A stretch of 61,945 bases of DNA, the filler included, from Choristocarpus tenellus KU-1152 (lineage: Eukaryota; Protista; Phaeophyceae), in assembly GCA_964200185.2 (NCBI GenBank). It is 9 parts of 9 records of this genome, joined end to end, with 100 filler letters (N's around TTAATTAATTAA, not from the genome) between each part and the next. Parts side by side here need not be neighbours in the genome. Positions count along the whole stretch, not along the records: positions 1 to 16,420 come from CAXNAD020000832.1; 8 more parts are not named here. The stretch is one strand, 5' to 3'. The notes beneath the pieces were generated by a model. That model worked only from the letters and a program-made list of their open reading frames with translations, made no database searches and had not been told where the DNA came from. This document shows positions 1 through 13,091 of the stretch, in pieces (positions within the stretch are counted from its first letter, which is position 1; every line of letters begins with the position of its first letter). A program made the position numbers and the translations under genes.

Positions 1-59
1 CCCCGTCGACCCCCCAGCATAGGAAAGGTGCCCAAGTGTCTCTGAATACCAGGGTTGTG

Positions 60-1586
60 CTTGCGTGCGGCATGCCCTTGCATTGGTCTCTGGTGAGCAT
101 AAACTTCCACGACATGTTGGGCTGGCCCTCGCAGCGGAGTTTGGAGTGTCCGAGCGTTACATGCAAGGACTTGGGAGGACATTGCCGATCAGCTCGCCCA
201 TGGCCACACCCTTGAACTAGGGGTGGCGGCACGCAGTGGGCAGCCTTTGGAGCTCACATCGGCCATCTTGGTTGGTGCGAAAGTATCTTAGAGGGTACGA
301 GTTTTGCCCTGTTTGCCCATTTGGGGCTTGGGTTCCCACGGGATTTTTACAATATTTTTCTACTTGGAAATATTTTGGAGTAGGTAAAATATTTACGTTA
401 TGAAAAGGTGTATCCAGAGCAAGGGTATTGAGTCTTCCTAACAAACATGATACCCAAAATTACATCAAAATTGCAACATCGGATTTTGGCCCCTGATATG
501 ACTCTACCCTCTGAGATAATTTGATTTCCACAATACATTGTTATCAACTCCGATAATCGGTCATCCACATTGTGTCAGGTGACAATGAAGATGGTCGCCA
601 AGGGGATGAATTATAGGACGAGCACCATAAACAGGTGGTTGGATGATATGGGGGCCATGCCGAATCGCTGCTGGATCAAATCCAAGCTTAAATCGTGGCA
701 AAAGGTATGGAGAATGGACTTTGTTTGATATGAAGTGGACCGGAAACGTGGTGTGTACGTCTCCATGGCGAACACGATCCATGTGGGTGAAACCTGGTTT
801 TATGTGATGACTTATGGGGAAAGGGTTAGGGTACTTCTGCATGAGGATGACAGCGACCTTCCAGGGTCCCCTACTGTGGAGCACAATAATCATATCCCCA
901 AAACCATGATCATTGCAGCCAACGCTTGTCCAGATTGAGCTCACAGCTTTGATGGAAAGCTTTGTGTTTGGCATGTGTGTGCGCCAAAAATGGCAGACAG
1001 GACATTAAAGACAAGCAAAAACCATAAAAAGGGGGATGTGTATGATCAGGACTGTACTTTAGACCATTTGTGGTACAGGAAGTGGTACACGGAGGAGTTA
1101 CTGCCTGCAATCAAGACCAAGATGCCTTGGTTGCAGGGGAAGCACGTAGTCGTTCAGTAAGACAATGCCACTCCCCACACGGGCAAGGGCAACTCAGAAA
1201 TCTTGTCAGGGGCAGGGAAGACTGAAGGGTGGTCGATTAGGCTTGTGTGACAGCCATCTAACTCCCCTGACCTCAATATTGTGGACCTGTGCTTCTTCAG
1301 GTCTTTGAAATGCTGGATGATGGGGGAGTGGTTTGGGTTTGTTGAGGAGATGGTGAAGGTCATTAAGAAAGAGTATGAGGAGTATGATGAAACCACACTT
1401 AAGAGGACTTAGCAGCTCCTTTTTGTGGTTTACAATTAAGCACTTAGATACAAAGGGGGGAATGACTTCAGTGTGGAGCACACAGGGGTGTGGAAGAGGC
1501 AGTTGTCTGGTGAGCTTGAAAACACGCTGAAGGTGGACATGGAGGCTTTTTCTGTGGCTGATAAAATTGTGATGGATGGGGAGTAA
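60..1586 (+). pseudogene. Decayed mariner-type (DD39D/DD40D-like) transposase, interrupted by a MITE
   Basis: HTH-like KLPRHVGLALAAEFGVSER near 100-160. Catalytic blocks IHVGETWFY (~780), Q*DNATPH (1155-1178) and QPSNSPDLNIVDLCFF (1251-1298), with 40 residues between the 2nd and 3rd Asp. Multiple stops and frameshifts. Confidence 0.8.
275..527. mobile_element. MITE family A copy (degenerate ends)
   Basis: TIR AAAGTATCTTAGAGGGTA...TACCCTCTGAGATAATTT; internal sequence shared with the other copies; no clear TSD. Confidence 0.85.
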
Positions 1587-2517
1587 CAAAAATAAAAGAG
1601 TTGACCCTAACCAGAAATTTGTCAAGGATTCCAAATCTTCTTTCCAGAGATGAATTTCATCATCTTCAAAAGTTATGGACAACGCGGCACAGACTTATGG
1701 CAGGGAGGTAGTAGTAGATATTTACTACACATATATTTGAATTTGTAGGTGGTGGCAAGGTTTTGGGAGGCAGCATGAAAGAGTGGAGTGCATAAATATT
1801 TGGGATGCTGTAACTGTAATGAGGACGCTCTTCAAGATCAAAATGACACATTTCAAATCAAGTTTTACGTTAAGAGGTTCGAAATTTGAATCAGAAGATA
1901 TGTTGGAGGTTTTGTGGGTCAAATATCTGTAATTGGTTCGAGCAATTTTAACTCTTCCTTGATAGAAAGCACATCAATCAAACTCTAAATCATTATACAA
2001 GACACTTGAATCCCAGAGGTAACTGTGTTTAATATAACATGCCAAATACTGTAGTAGAGTATAGACTCTTCAAGGCACGTCACCATGTGTATCTTTCTCA
2101 TATTTTATCCAACATAGTCCATCTTACTTCAACAATAACACAAGAAATTCAGACTTGATTCCCATGCAACCAAGCCCTACGCTCACAAAAATTGCTCCCA
2201 AGAAACTGATGATATCCCCACCTTTCAAACATTCGATCTGGTTCATGTCTTCCCAATCAAAAGTCAGCATTGGCAACTCTTCATGCAAGGCGGTTCACAT
2301 GGGCCTTCCAAGTTATGAACTATGAAATTGCAGGTGGTTTGGTGTTGGCATTAGCCAGATATGTCCACTATTGTCATGTCGAAAATGCCTGATATTGGAG
2401 AGTGCCCAAGGCTTCGAATGATGAGACAGTTCTGTCACCATGGGAGTTAGAGTATTCTAGGATCATAGAAGGCTACCAATCAGACTAGGCCACCAAGTAT
2501 TGTAACCTGTCTACATT

Positions 2518-2582
2518 GTCCTTGTGGCTCAGTGGTTAAGCAAGCTATTCCCTGCATGAATTTTATGGGATCAAAAACCCTT
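2518..2582 (+). other. tRNA-like relic (possible SINE head)
   Basis: Consensus-matching Pol III A box TGGCTCAGTGG (2525-2535) and a degenerate B box GGGATCAAAAACCC; no convincing cloverleaf. Confidence 0.35.
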
Positions 2583-3901
2583 TCAAACCTTTCAATGACT
2601 GACTTTTCACAGAAGATATGGTTTTGATTATCAATTTACACATGGCAAGCCGAATACATTGCACATCTGAACTATCCTATCTGTTCCTACACCACAACTC
2701 TGGACCAAGATCATTGAGGTGGCAACATCAAGACAGGCCTACCACAAGGTTTGAGGAAGGAGGTGGAGTAACAAGTAGTGGGACGGCTGAACTAAACATA
2801 TGAAAAGCAAGGCGTAAATGGAGGCAGTACAATTAGTACAAGCAGTGCAGTGCGTAGCACCTCTGACAACAGGTTGGGATAGTCCACAGACTTGAGTGAA
2901 GCAGATACATGGTAATACAAAAATGTCGTAACCCAGGCAGGTATCAAAATCTTCAACATGTCCAGACCAGTGCTATCAGAGATTGCATCCATGGGCTGGC
3001 CTGTGAACATGTAGAGCTGCCCGCCAAGAGGACAACTCAGTAAAAGTAACTTAAATAGAGGTGATTAGGTGACTTAAGGAACATAGCACAAAACAACCCT
3101 ATTCCCACATGTAGTTGGAATAAATTGGGACATATTTGATCAGGCAAGCTTCACTCATCTGAACCAGCTGGACAAGATATATATTTTTCACTCTGACTAT
3201 CAACCATTCAACGTGGCCAGGCCATGGGTTGGTCCCCAGTTATGGTAACTGGTCAGACTGATAAAAAGCTCTGGATATTCTGCTTTAAATGGAAGGCCAT
3301 GATTAGGGAACATAACATGGTTTTGATTTAACGGCATGGAAAGAAAGAAACAGTGAGTGGGGTACATCATTACACCATTTCTCATCTTGACTAAATCATG
3401 GAGAAAATGGGATGATGTATCAGAGGCATACATCGAGTGGCTCAAATATGCAAATATATGATATGCAAATATATGTTAAAAATGTACGAAAGTCTGCATA
3501 TCTAGTGGTTTGATGATTTTTATGTAGGAAGAGAAAATATGTACTCTGTATTAAATTAAAAATGTATTTGAGTGATCTGACATGTTCAATTTGGTGTTAC
3601 AAAGCAGCATATAATTGTTGAACACCTCAGGAGTGCCCCCCCCACTGTAGTGCAGTGAGCATACGATTGCTATATTTATAAAAAAAGTCTGGTCTTCAAA
3701 CACCCTGCAAAACACAAGGTAAGGCTCTAGACGCATCAACTATTTTCTGGTTGAGGATAAATGAACCAAATTGAGGAAAATATCTTCAAGCAGGCAATCT
3801 TTTGGAAGATAGGGCCTCTTGAGACAGCAGTTTCCAGGCATCTCTCTGATATATGTATCTCTTTAATCCTCAAGACTGTAAAACAAAGAAAATCCAGTTA
3901 A

Positions 3902-4968
3902 CTACAGGGAAGTGGAAGACTTTACCAATATATACATGTTGCCACTGGTCCTCTCAGTAGACCGAGCAGATAGAACACGCATGTTTTGGTCAAGGTACAT
4001 CAGTGTCCAAATCCCTACATTATCAATCTCCTTCTCTATCAGCTGTAGCCCCCACAAAGAGAACTTAATAGTCTTGAAGATCACCTGAGGGTGCACAATT
4101 GGGTGGGAATACCCACAATGTCTCGACACCATGTACACGGGCAAACTAAATCGCCTAGATCACCTAGAATTGTGGGTTGAGGAATTGGGTTGAAGAAAGT
4201 TCCCAAACATTGCATCCCTCATCTATGCCTGAGAATCTTAGGTAAGTCCCAAGTTTCAGGTATTTGTACTCACTTTCCATTGTGTGTCATTCATAACCTC
4301 CCACGTTGCTTCCAGCTCTCCTAACAATGGACCCACTTCCACATAGTTAACGTAGAGCAGTGATGCTACATCCACCATTTGCCTAACCTTTCCAATGAAG
4401 GGACCCAGCTTTCCTCCAGATGCTCCGGATGTGGTTGTGTAGAGAAGATCCCAGGTTCCTGAGGGGAGAAGATTTCATTATTTGATGCAGGCACTTATGA
4501 TCTCAACGTCACTTTTCTCAGAGTATATTGTGGTAGACTGATGTATGTGTAGCGAATCAAATAGAAAAGACACCTTGTGTGCTACAGACACAAAAACCAA
4601 GGATGTTAACCTATAACGAACTTCCAGTTGTTAAGGTGATGCAGAGTAGGTCTTCACTCACCAGTGGCCAGTGTGGAACAAGAAGGTGTTACAGGTGGAT
4701 TTAGTGAAACGAGTTTGTTGACTGAACTGGAAATAATTTCTTTTTGCTCTGGGGTGGCCTTTAGCCCATTGGATGTTCCCAATGCTTCATCCATTATCTT
4801 CTGCTTCAGTTCTGCTATCCCAAGACCACTCTCATCCAGAAGTGGCGTGGTACTTGAGAGTAAAGTTTTACCCCTTGGGACTGCCTTGCTGCTTGTCAGC
4901 GGCAAGGTAAAGCAAGCAGAGGTGCCAGCCCCAGCCAGCATTATGAGAGCTCTTAAAGGGATAAACAT
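3902..4968 (-). CDS. PAP/fibrillin family protein, probably plastid-targeted (3 exons)
   Basis: Exons 4968-4662, 4458-4274 and 4084-3902 with GT-AG introns splice in frame. Signal peptide ending SACF, then ELKQKIMDEALGTSNGLKATPEQKEI...LVSLNP, GTWDLLYTT and WTLMYLDQNMRV, which are typical fibrillin motifs. Confidence 0.85.
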
Positions 4969-6321
4969 ACCCCCTTGCACTCTCAAGATTGGAGGACAAA
5001 CCACAACAGCAAGATATGTGGGAGGGCAGGCAGGACGTGCATGTATGCATGTATGTGGTGCAGATAGTGAGTGCAATGTAGCTTGAAGGTGAGATTCATT
5101 CTGCATACAATGCCACACACTGCAACTTCTCTACAAGCGAGAAAGAAGCCAGGATGTTAGGTTGCACCAACAAAAGCAATGAGGAGGAAGGTTTTCATGC
5201 AGGCGATTCAGTGTATCAGTTCGAAAAACACTCAATATTCTAGTGAATAATGTTGGTTCAACAGGCGGAGCTTTTTTCTGCCATGGCACATCAAAACACG
5301 GTGAGGGGATTGCCTAGAACTCAATCCGTGATGTTCAGGGGCAAAATACCACTCGTCCTTGTCAAGGGGATCAAAAGTTAGTGCACAGTAATAAAAACAT
5401 CTTTGCAGCTGATGTTACCAGGTGGGAAATGAGAAACCAATACATTTCGCGGCCTTCGCACAACAAGCCTCATACCCTACACTAGAAGATTGAGGTACAC
5501 CATCTCCCTCCTTAGGAACCTGACAGCAACTGTCTATACCCCAGCATGGTTGCCCCTGTGGCGAGGGGCCCCTCGGGCAATTGGCAGTATCTCCCTACAT
5601 AAATCAACAGTTTTCTGGAATATTCAAGCCACTCCAGCCTATAGTGCAGTGATTGGCACTCCATCAGGCGACTGCTTCTCCAACCATACTGCTAATAGGT
5701 GTATCATCAATTTAATACTCGCTTAGTAGAGCACGAGTTTCTCCTGATGTTGAAGGAACTAGAAATACTGGAAACAGAAACCCTAAGTCAGCGAAAGACT
5801 CAGATGACTACTATTGAACAGCTTGCTAAAACCTGGGAGTATCATGCTGACCATTCCTATTAGTACACGGTTATACGATGAACTCCCGACTGTAGTGCAT
5901 TATGGTATCAGGAAGCACATCAGCAGATTGGGCTCGGGTGATTGATGGCACTCTGATAGATGGTATCCTAAGGATACACCAACTGCAACACGCACCAACA
6001 AGTTCAAGCACGAATCAAAGCCAATTTTATGAGGATGAGCTGCGTGTGCGTTGGCCCCTTGGCTTTGAAATCACAGCTATAAGGGAGGGATCATTAGTTT
6101 AGGTAGTACCTGTCCCGAGAGGAACCGCAGGACAAGTCAAGATAAAACTAGATTAAACCAAAATGGATCCAATGCTCACATTTGCTAACCGAGCCAAGCA
6201 CAAGATTTTGGGTAACAGTAGTGTCCAGATGATTATGTCGATCAATTTGGTCTCATTTCGTGTGATGTTGAACACTCAGTGTAATGGGGGAGAAACACTA
6301 CAAGGAAATATTTTGGGTAAG

Positions 6322-6378
6322 TACTATAATAATATCTACTACAATAATAATTACTACAATAATAATTACTATAATAAT
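6322..6378. repeat. Short 15-bp tandem repeat (TACTAYAATAATAAT, about 4 copies)
   Basis: Visible directly upstream of the Mpv17-like gene. Confidence 0.7.
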
Positions 6379-6534
6379 ATGTGAGAGATGAGACCTCAAT
6401 GACAGGATTGAAAATTGAAAACGATCATTTTGATCTTGCAAAAAATAAAAATATCTTCATGTTATCATACGTCGGCCCTCTTCTTCGGTACTGGTGAACA
6501 ACATTGCCCTGTCCCCTCTACACTAGACCTAACA

Positions 6535-9183
6535 ATGAAGTATCTACTAGCTGTCGGGGTGTTGTGTGGGACCGCAGATGCGTTCGTTCCTGCTCCAGTT
6601 GGTTTGGCTGGGGGGCTGAACAAACATGCCATGGCATGCCAGACATCCTCGGCAGTGAGGTACTCCTCAGAGAGTATGACGATGGTCTTCGGTGGTTTCA
6701 AGAGGGGCAACATTAAGTCGGGTGTACCCTCGAAGATATCCAATTTGTTTAACAAGGGAAGCAGGAGTAAGGGGTGAGTCTTGTCATATAGAAATTGTCA
6801 AGAGATCTGCCGCAGTTCGCTGTCAATACTTGAATAGGCTCCTGCAGTTCCCGCTTCCTGCAAGACTGTAACACGATAATTTTCCTTTATTCAAGTTTCG
6901 AAAATCTCCCACTGCCAGGCAAGAAAAGCATAATCCAACTTGTCTTAACTTCCATTTTGCAGCAAGTCCAATGATGGGAAGAGCGGAAACGACGACGGTG
7001 GCAGCAAGCTCCCCCCTGCCGGGCCCCTCGGGTCCTCGGCCTCTGCGGATGACAGTGGAGACAAGCAGTCGAGTAACCCTCTCATTATCTTCTGGGCGGC
7101 CTACCTTGGTCTACTCGAGACGCAACCTATTATCACCAAGTCTCTGACCTCAATGATTGGCTTCTCGTTGGGAGATCTACTGGCCCAGAAAGGTCTAGAG
7201 AAGAAGGTGAAAGATAGATTGTGGTGTTTGTGATTTTGCATGCGGAAATATCTGCGCCTTGTATATTACCCTACATGGAATATTAGGGGACTGCCCTCAA
7301 TGCCAATATTGATTCTTTCTCACTACTGGTGGACATGTACCTTGAGGGTAAGGTGAATGAAATTTCGACATCAATTAACGAAAGTCAAAGACAGATCGTT
7401 TTCGTCGAAGGTTGCCTTCAACCAACCGCTTAATGTTTGTATAGGGGGTCAGTTAATGAAGGTAAAGAGCGAGCTGGAATCTATGTGATAAAGTCGAAGA
7501 TAAGTAACATTAAGGTCAATTGAGAGGGATAGGATTCTGAAACAATGCCATTCTTCATCATGCCTGCTGACCCCGCGACCCCCCCCTAAACCCCTGTAAT
7601 TAATTATCTTAACAGGAAGAGATTGACCTAACTAGGTTGCTTCGTCTGGCCTCTTTTGGCGCCCTGATCCACGGCTCGACTGGGCACTTTTTCTACAATT
7701 TCCTTGACTCTAAAATCCCTGGAACTGCCGCTCTGACTGTCGCCAAAAAAGTGTTTATCGACCAGGTGCAGTCTTGCTGGATGCAACTGTAGTATTTTTT
7801 TACATACACCACTGTGGAAATATTCGAGGGTAAATAAAGGGTTTATGAGTTGGTGATGCAAGGGGTGGGAAGGCGTAGACTTGCACAAGATAATCGATGT
7901 TCATGTACTGAAAACTATTTCCCTAAAATATTTGAGGAATCTGAATTGTTTTTACTTTTGACACTCTTTTGTTTGCCTAACCCGATGCACTCTTGCAAAG
8001 GTCATCTGGAACCCCATTTTCGGATGCCTGTTCTTTGGATACATGGGAGCAGTGGATGGTGCTGGTCCGGCAGCTATTGGTAGCAAGATCAAGAACAACC
8101 TCTGGACCTCGGTGAGCTTTAAGGATAACCCATTTTTCCACTTTGTATAAATTTTTCTTAAGGGTTGTGAAATGAAAGGAACGACTATAAATGGTACCAT
8201 CTTTAAAACCCTCGATGTACTTTGGTGAATTGTGTGGAACAAACAGTACATGAGGTTGGGCGCATGAAGAGTTGAGAGGGGAAATTTTGAGCAGAGTGGG
8301 CTGTAGGCATATGGCCAGGAGGTTAATGACCTGTTGAACGGTTTAAGCTATGATACCAATTGTTCACTATTACTGAGGTTCACAACTCCTCTTTTTTGTG
8401 TATGCATTAGAGTGCAATAGGTTGGTTGTTTTGTGGAAAATCGGCATGTGATAGCAGAGAGTCAATATGGATGGTGTGTGAGACTGCTATTGCTGAAACT
8501 GACCTAGCAATGTTTGGCGAAGATCCTCACAGTGATTGCAGTTTCTTGACACTTGTAAGTTAATCCATCATCTTAATCCAGTACAATAGTCATGTACGAC
8601 AACGTAGAGAGTCCTGGCGTTTTCTTGTCTGATGCATTGAGCTTACACAGGAGGAAGGTACCTAACGGCCACTGATGTAGGCATAGAGCACTGTTCCTAT
8701 TAGTAAGCTTATGCTCCTGTTTCCTCTTTGTACAAGGACTGACCAACAAGCATAGTATGGGTTACAACCCTTTGTAGTTTCTCTGTAAGAAGTGCTACTA
8801 TTTTCATCTTTTGTTCCCTCGCGGTGATCGTTGAAAATCGGAATGCAAGAACATATTTGGGGTAACCTCTGCCTAGATACGGAATGGTGCTTTGGCTTGA
8901 TATTATTATACAAATGATATTCTGTTGTCTTTGAAATATGTACTCTCTTGTATTTACCCATTTTTTTTCGTGTAGATATTGACTCAGCCTCCTCTGCCAT
9001 CCGTTCACTTTGCCTCTTTTTTATGTTGCAAAAATGCTGCAGGTGAGAGGCTCGTGGACTGTGTGGCCAGTTGCCCACGCTATCAACTTCCGCTTCATCC
9101 CCACATCCCAGCGTCTCCTGTACATCAATACTATCCAGATATTCTACAACTGTTTCTTGAGCATTATCGCCCAGAGGGAGTAA
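6535..9183 (+). CDS. Mpv17/PMP22 family membrane protein with a bipartite plastid-type presequence (5 exons)
   Basis: Exons 6535-6773, 6963-7206, 7616-7765, 8001-8111 and 9043-9183, GT-AG, in frame. Motifs YLGLLETQPIITKSLTS...GDLLAQ, KKVFIDQVIWNP and WTVWPVAHAINFRFIP..QRLLYIN. N-terminus MKYLLAVGVLCGTADAF-VP. Confidence 0.93.
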
Positions 9184-12100
9184 ATTGGAATGGAGATAAG
9201 GGATTATCTTGTGCTATGTACAAGGTTAGATTTATGATACGACCCCTCTTAATACAGAGGCAATGAACGAAGTTATTAATTAGACCATTATTGCATTGGT
9301 CGGATCAAGGTTGTACTTGAGCTGTTATTTGTTCATTACTTCCGTTGGAGCACGTTCTCCAGAGTGATCTGTCACTTTATTAAGACTAGAAAGAAAATGG
9401 GCGGCACGTCCTTAGCATTACTTTCACATTGACTGGATTGTGCAGAGGTTGTTGCTGTTGAGTCCTCCTATGCGTCATGTACTCTGCTATTGGGAAATAG
9501 AGTGACTGATGATGAGAGGAAGGATAACCCTGGGGCATTCACTTATTAAATCGTGATGGAGCAGACATTGGAGGACTTGTGGCGTAGGTTGCACTGCACT
9601 ATGCAAACATCTAATGTTGCACCTATCAAGAAAATATAGACTTCAGTTCCTCCATGAGGCTCATGTGTTACCTCTTCACAACGCCTGCCCAGCACCTCAA
9701 TATTGTCCACCTATTGTGTGATGGAGAATTTAGGCATATGCTGAACCTTCAGGAATGGAGGGAAAGTTGAGGGTCAATAACAACTCTCTTTCCCATCTTG
9801 CTATATAAATGGACCACTTACAGACAACATTTGACTGTTTCATGCACATATTGCCTCGCTAAAGGTTGCAGTGTTGACCTTCACCTCGAACGCAGTTCTG
9901 AAATTAATAGTGGAAGGGCATCAAGTTTGCTCTGCCACCTTAGTAGCATTACTATACTTATACGGGAACTTACTGCTACAATGCTGCCTACACTGGGGTT
10001 GTAGTGTTGTAAGAACTATGACAAGCTTGAGTCAGAGAACCTCATGTGAAAGATATTTTCCTTTGTTAAAGTTAATTTTCTCTATTGCTGCACAAGTAAT
10101 TGCTTCTTAAGCATTTGGGCAGGTAGCTCACTTTAAAGAGTGCTTGAGGACAAAGCTACTTCACGTGCTGCTGTGTCATACCTTGTAATATTTTTCATGT
10201 AGGGGTAAGGCTTTTCTCCATTTAACAGACACCAAATTGTTGAAAAAATCAACACTACACTCTGGCTATTCATATGATTTAATGTAACCTTTACCTCACA
10301 TGAAATTCTTAGTGCTGATGCTTCACAACAGGGTGAGACTTGTGAGAATGTATCTATTCTCCATCTTACATTAAAATCGGCAACAAATCGTTTTAGGTTC
10401 AATGGCTAAATTTTCCACATAATTTATGAGGAAAGTGATGTAAATATGGAACTTCGAAAGCAGACTCTTGAGGAAATTTTCAGTTTCATTTTATGGGCAA
10501 AACTTATCTTTTAGATCGGATTTTGTGACATTGGGCAAAAGCATGACTTTATTTTTCAAACACTCCAATTTGTACAAAATAGGATTTATCAAAGAACTGT
10601 CGAGACCGCAGTTGACATCATTTGATCAGCCCACTATTTTATCATTCTTACGTGCATTGTGTAATTCATTTCAAACTTAGTCACCGAGCTCAACGCCTTA
10701 AGCGTCTTCCCTCGTGCACTGTCTGCAGAATTCAATCCAATGAAGTACATTGAGTCATTTCAAGCTGATTTATGATACATTTTATTTTCAACCGGCAAAA
10801 CTATTTGATACTATTGACAAAATATAAATCCTCCACACTCCTCTTTAGGCCTTCACAAGGGATTTCAAGAAGCCTCCTGGACCATTTCCACATGTCCAAA
10901 TATTTTACTGTATACTACTGAAGGATTTATCTCAGGGAATGCCCTTTTGAACTGCACCTATGTAGCTTTTGAAAAACAGTAGAATAGTTGCAAGGTGTGG
11001 GGTCCTCCAAAATGGTATTGAGAGCTCATGTTTCAGGAGGAAAATTCACCTACACTTCAGCATGCCGCTGGAACATGAGTAGGGACTGGATCATTTGAGC
11101 TTCTGAGTAATTTCCCCTTAACAACCGATCTGATCAAAGAATGGCATCATTCACATCTTTTACTTCAGGAAGGCGAAGAACTTGTCAAATTTCTTATCTA
11201 TTAAATTGTTTGCGTACTATTACAAAGTTTAACGCTTTGTGGATGGAAGATATCATAAACCAAATGTTCTCAAAACAATATTGCTTAATAACTTAATCTA
11301 CCTTATGGGACTAAGAGGTTTGGTCCTCCTGACACATAATCTGATATGTGTTACACCAATTTCTCCTGGTGTATCGTAAATCCAACGATGAAGTAGACTG
11401 TGCAAATACCCCATTGTTGTATTGTGCAGGCAAGACTTGAAAATCATCAGAACCATGTCCACTTATCGTTTTTGGTACAGGAAGAGCATTTAAGATTCAG
11501 AAGAGATGAATTTGGCACACGACCAGGCAATTTCGTTCTTCTGAGATTTGACTAGGGGTATTCTACCAAAAACTTGACATATATTGAGGGGGGGATTTGG
11601 CTTACATTCTATAGGGATGATAAAAAATGCATTTAAATAGGGTGTCATTTCGTCTGGGTAGTTGTTCTCGCACAATGTGAATCGCAAACCACTCAAACTC
11701 TAGAACATGGACTCATAGACGTCTGACGGGTTATTACCATTAGAACACCCCTTCTCCTGTGCAGTGGTACACCTCGAACACATACTCCTAGAGTTGAATG
11801 GGATGGTGGGTGGCATTCTCGATGAGGGTTGCTGACGGTTCTTGGGAAGTTTCCTGGTACAACCCATTCGTTCGATGGCCCACCCCCTGCAACACTAACA
11901 GCATCGGGATATCTAACAGTGGCTCGCTCTTGAGCTTTTCCACCATGGTCAGTGTTGCTTTCCCCATTCCCCACAAGAGCAATCGACAGGGCACCTCAGC
12001 AGCAGCAAACTTCCCATGAGTTCTTCAACATAAAGAGCGCCACCTTCTCCCTCTTAAGCATTGCAATGAAGAAGGTGGATCTCACTGCTGCCACCGCTGC

Positions 12101-13091
12101 AGCGGCAGCAGTACAACTAGCCTAATCCTCCGCAACACTACACCTCGTCCCCTACTTACAATCTTCCTTTAGCATTGGCTTCGCTTCAACTCCCTCGACA
12201 ATCTTCTTTTACTGTCGTAAATAACAGAGGTAATACGAAAATCATTCCACCTGATCGATCTAAATACGTGTTAATGCGAGGGTGGATCTGTGCACAATTA
12301 CATAGAATTCCTGAAGCAGGGCCAAGAAAGACGCTTTGGACTACCACCAGTAAAAACTGCGAAGAAACTCTAACCTAAAAGGACATATTTATCGCGGGGT
12401 GATACCAGTGTCATTTGAAGCGAGGAGGGAAGCATGTACCGAAAGAGATAACCAGTTCACCACTAAGCCGTGCCATTACCGCGAGCTTGTTGCATACTTG
12501 CCTGGAGAGAGTAGATATCCTCGTAGTTGGTCTCTAATTGTGTGCAGGTCCGTTGCCTCAAGCTTCCTCATACTTCTTATTTCTGTTAACGAAAGGTTTG
12601 GAGTCAATATTGAAATATACGATAATGGGTTGAAAAATGATGTGGTACTTCAATGAAACCAACCTAGCGAACAATGTTCGCGCGCGGTGTTCTACATTGC
12701 GCACGGTGCTTGATGGTGAAAGGTGAAGAAGAGGGTGTGGCTTTGAGAGAAGCTGAAAAAGACTGGAAGAAGCGACCGTCTTGCCAGGTAAGGGCCACTG
12801 CTTCAACAACGGTTCAACTATAACCATGCTGTTTGCTCACTTCATCCATGTGTGTTGGGTCAGAGAGTGGGAGAAGTGTTTTGGAGTATCCCACATAGAC
12901 AGTCGTCAAACAAGGACCAACACCTACAAACACAATAACTTTACCAGCAATGCTTGCTTTTCGCAAGTCTTGATTGTATCTCATCCTTGCATCCTCAACC
13001 CCTGGGCAACGGGATATTTAGGAGGATAGCTGGATTTCTATATTCGAATCTCGGTCTTTCCCTCCTCCCAATTGGGAGCAAGGAGGTGGTC

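Noticed and set aside
217-444. Recurring short ORFs such as MLGxVNILVxDTPFH and QAPNGQTGQNSYPLRY (also 51401 and 59535)
   Set aside because: Chance translations of the non-coding MITE A; frames are not conserved among copies.
12558-12827. HP...VRNVEHRARTL resembling a Penelope RT C-terminus
   Set aside because: Too short, with no other Penelope motifs nearby.
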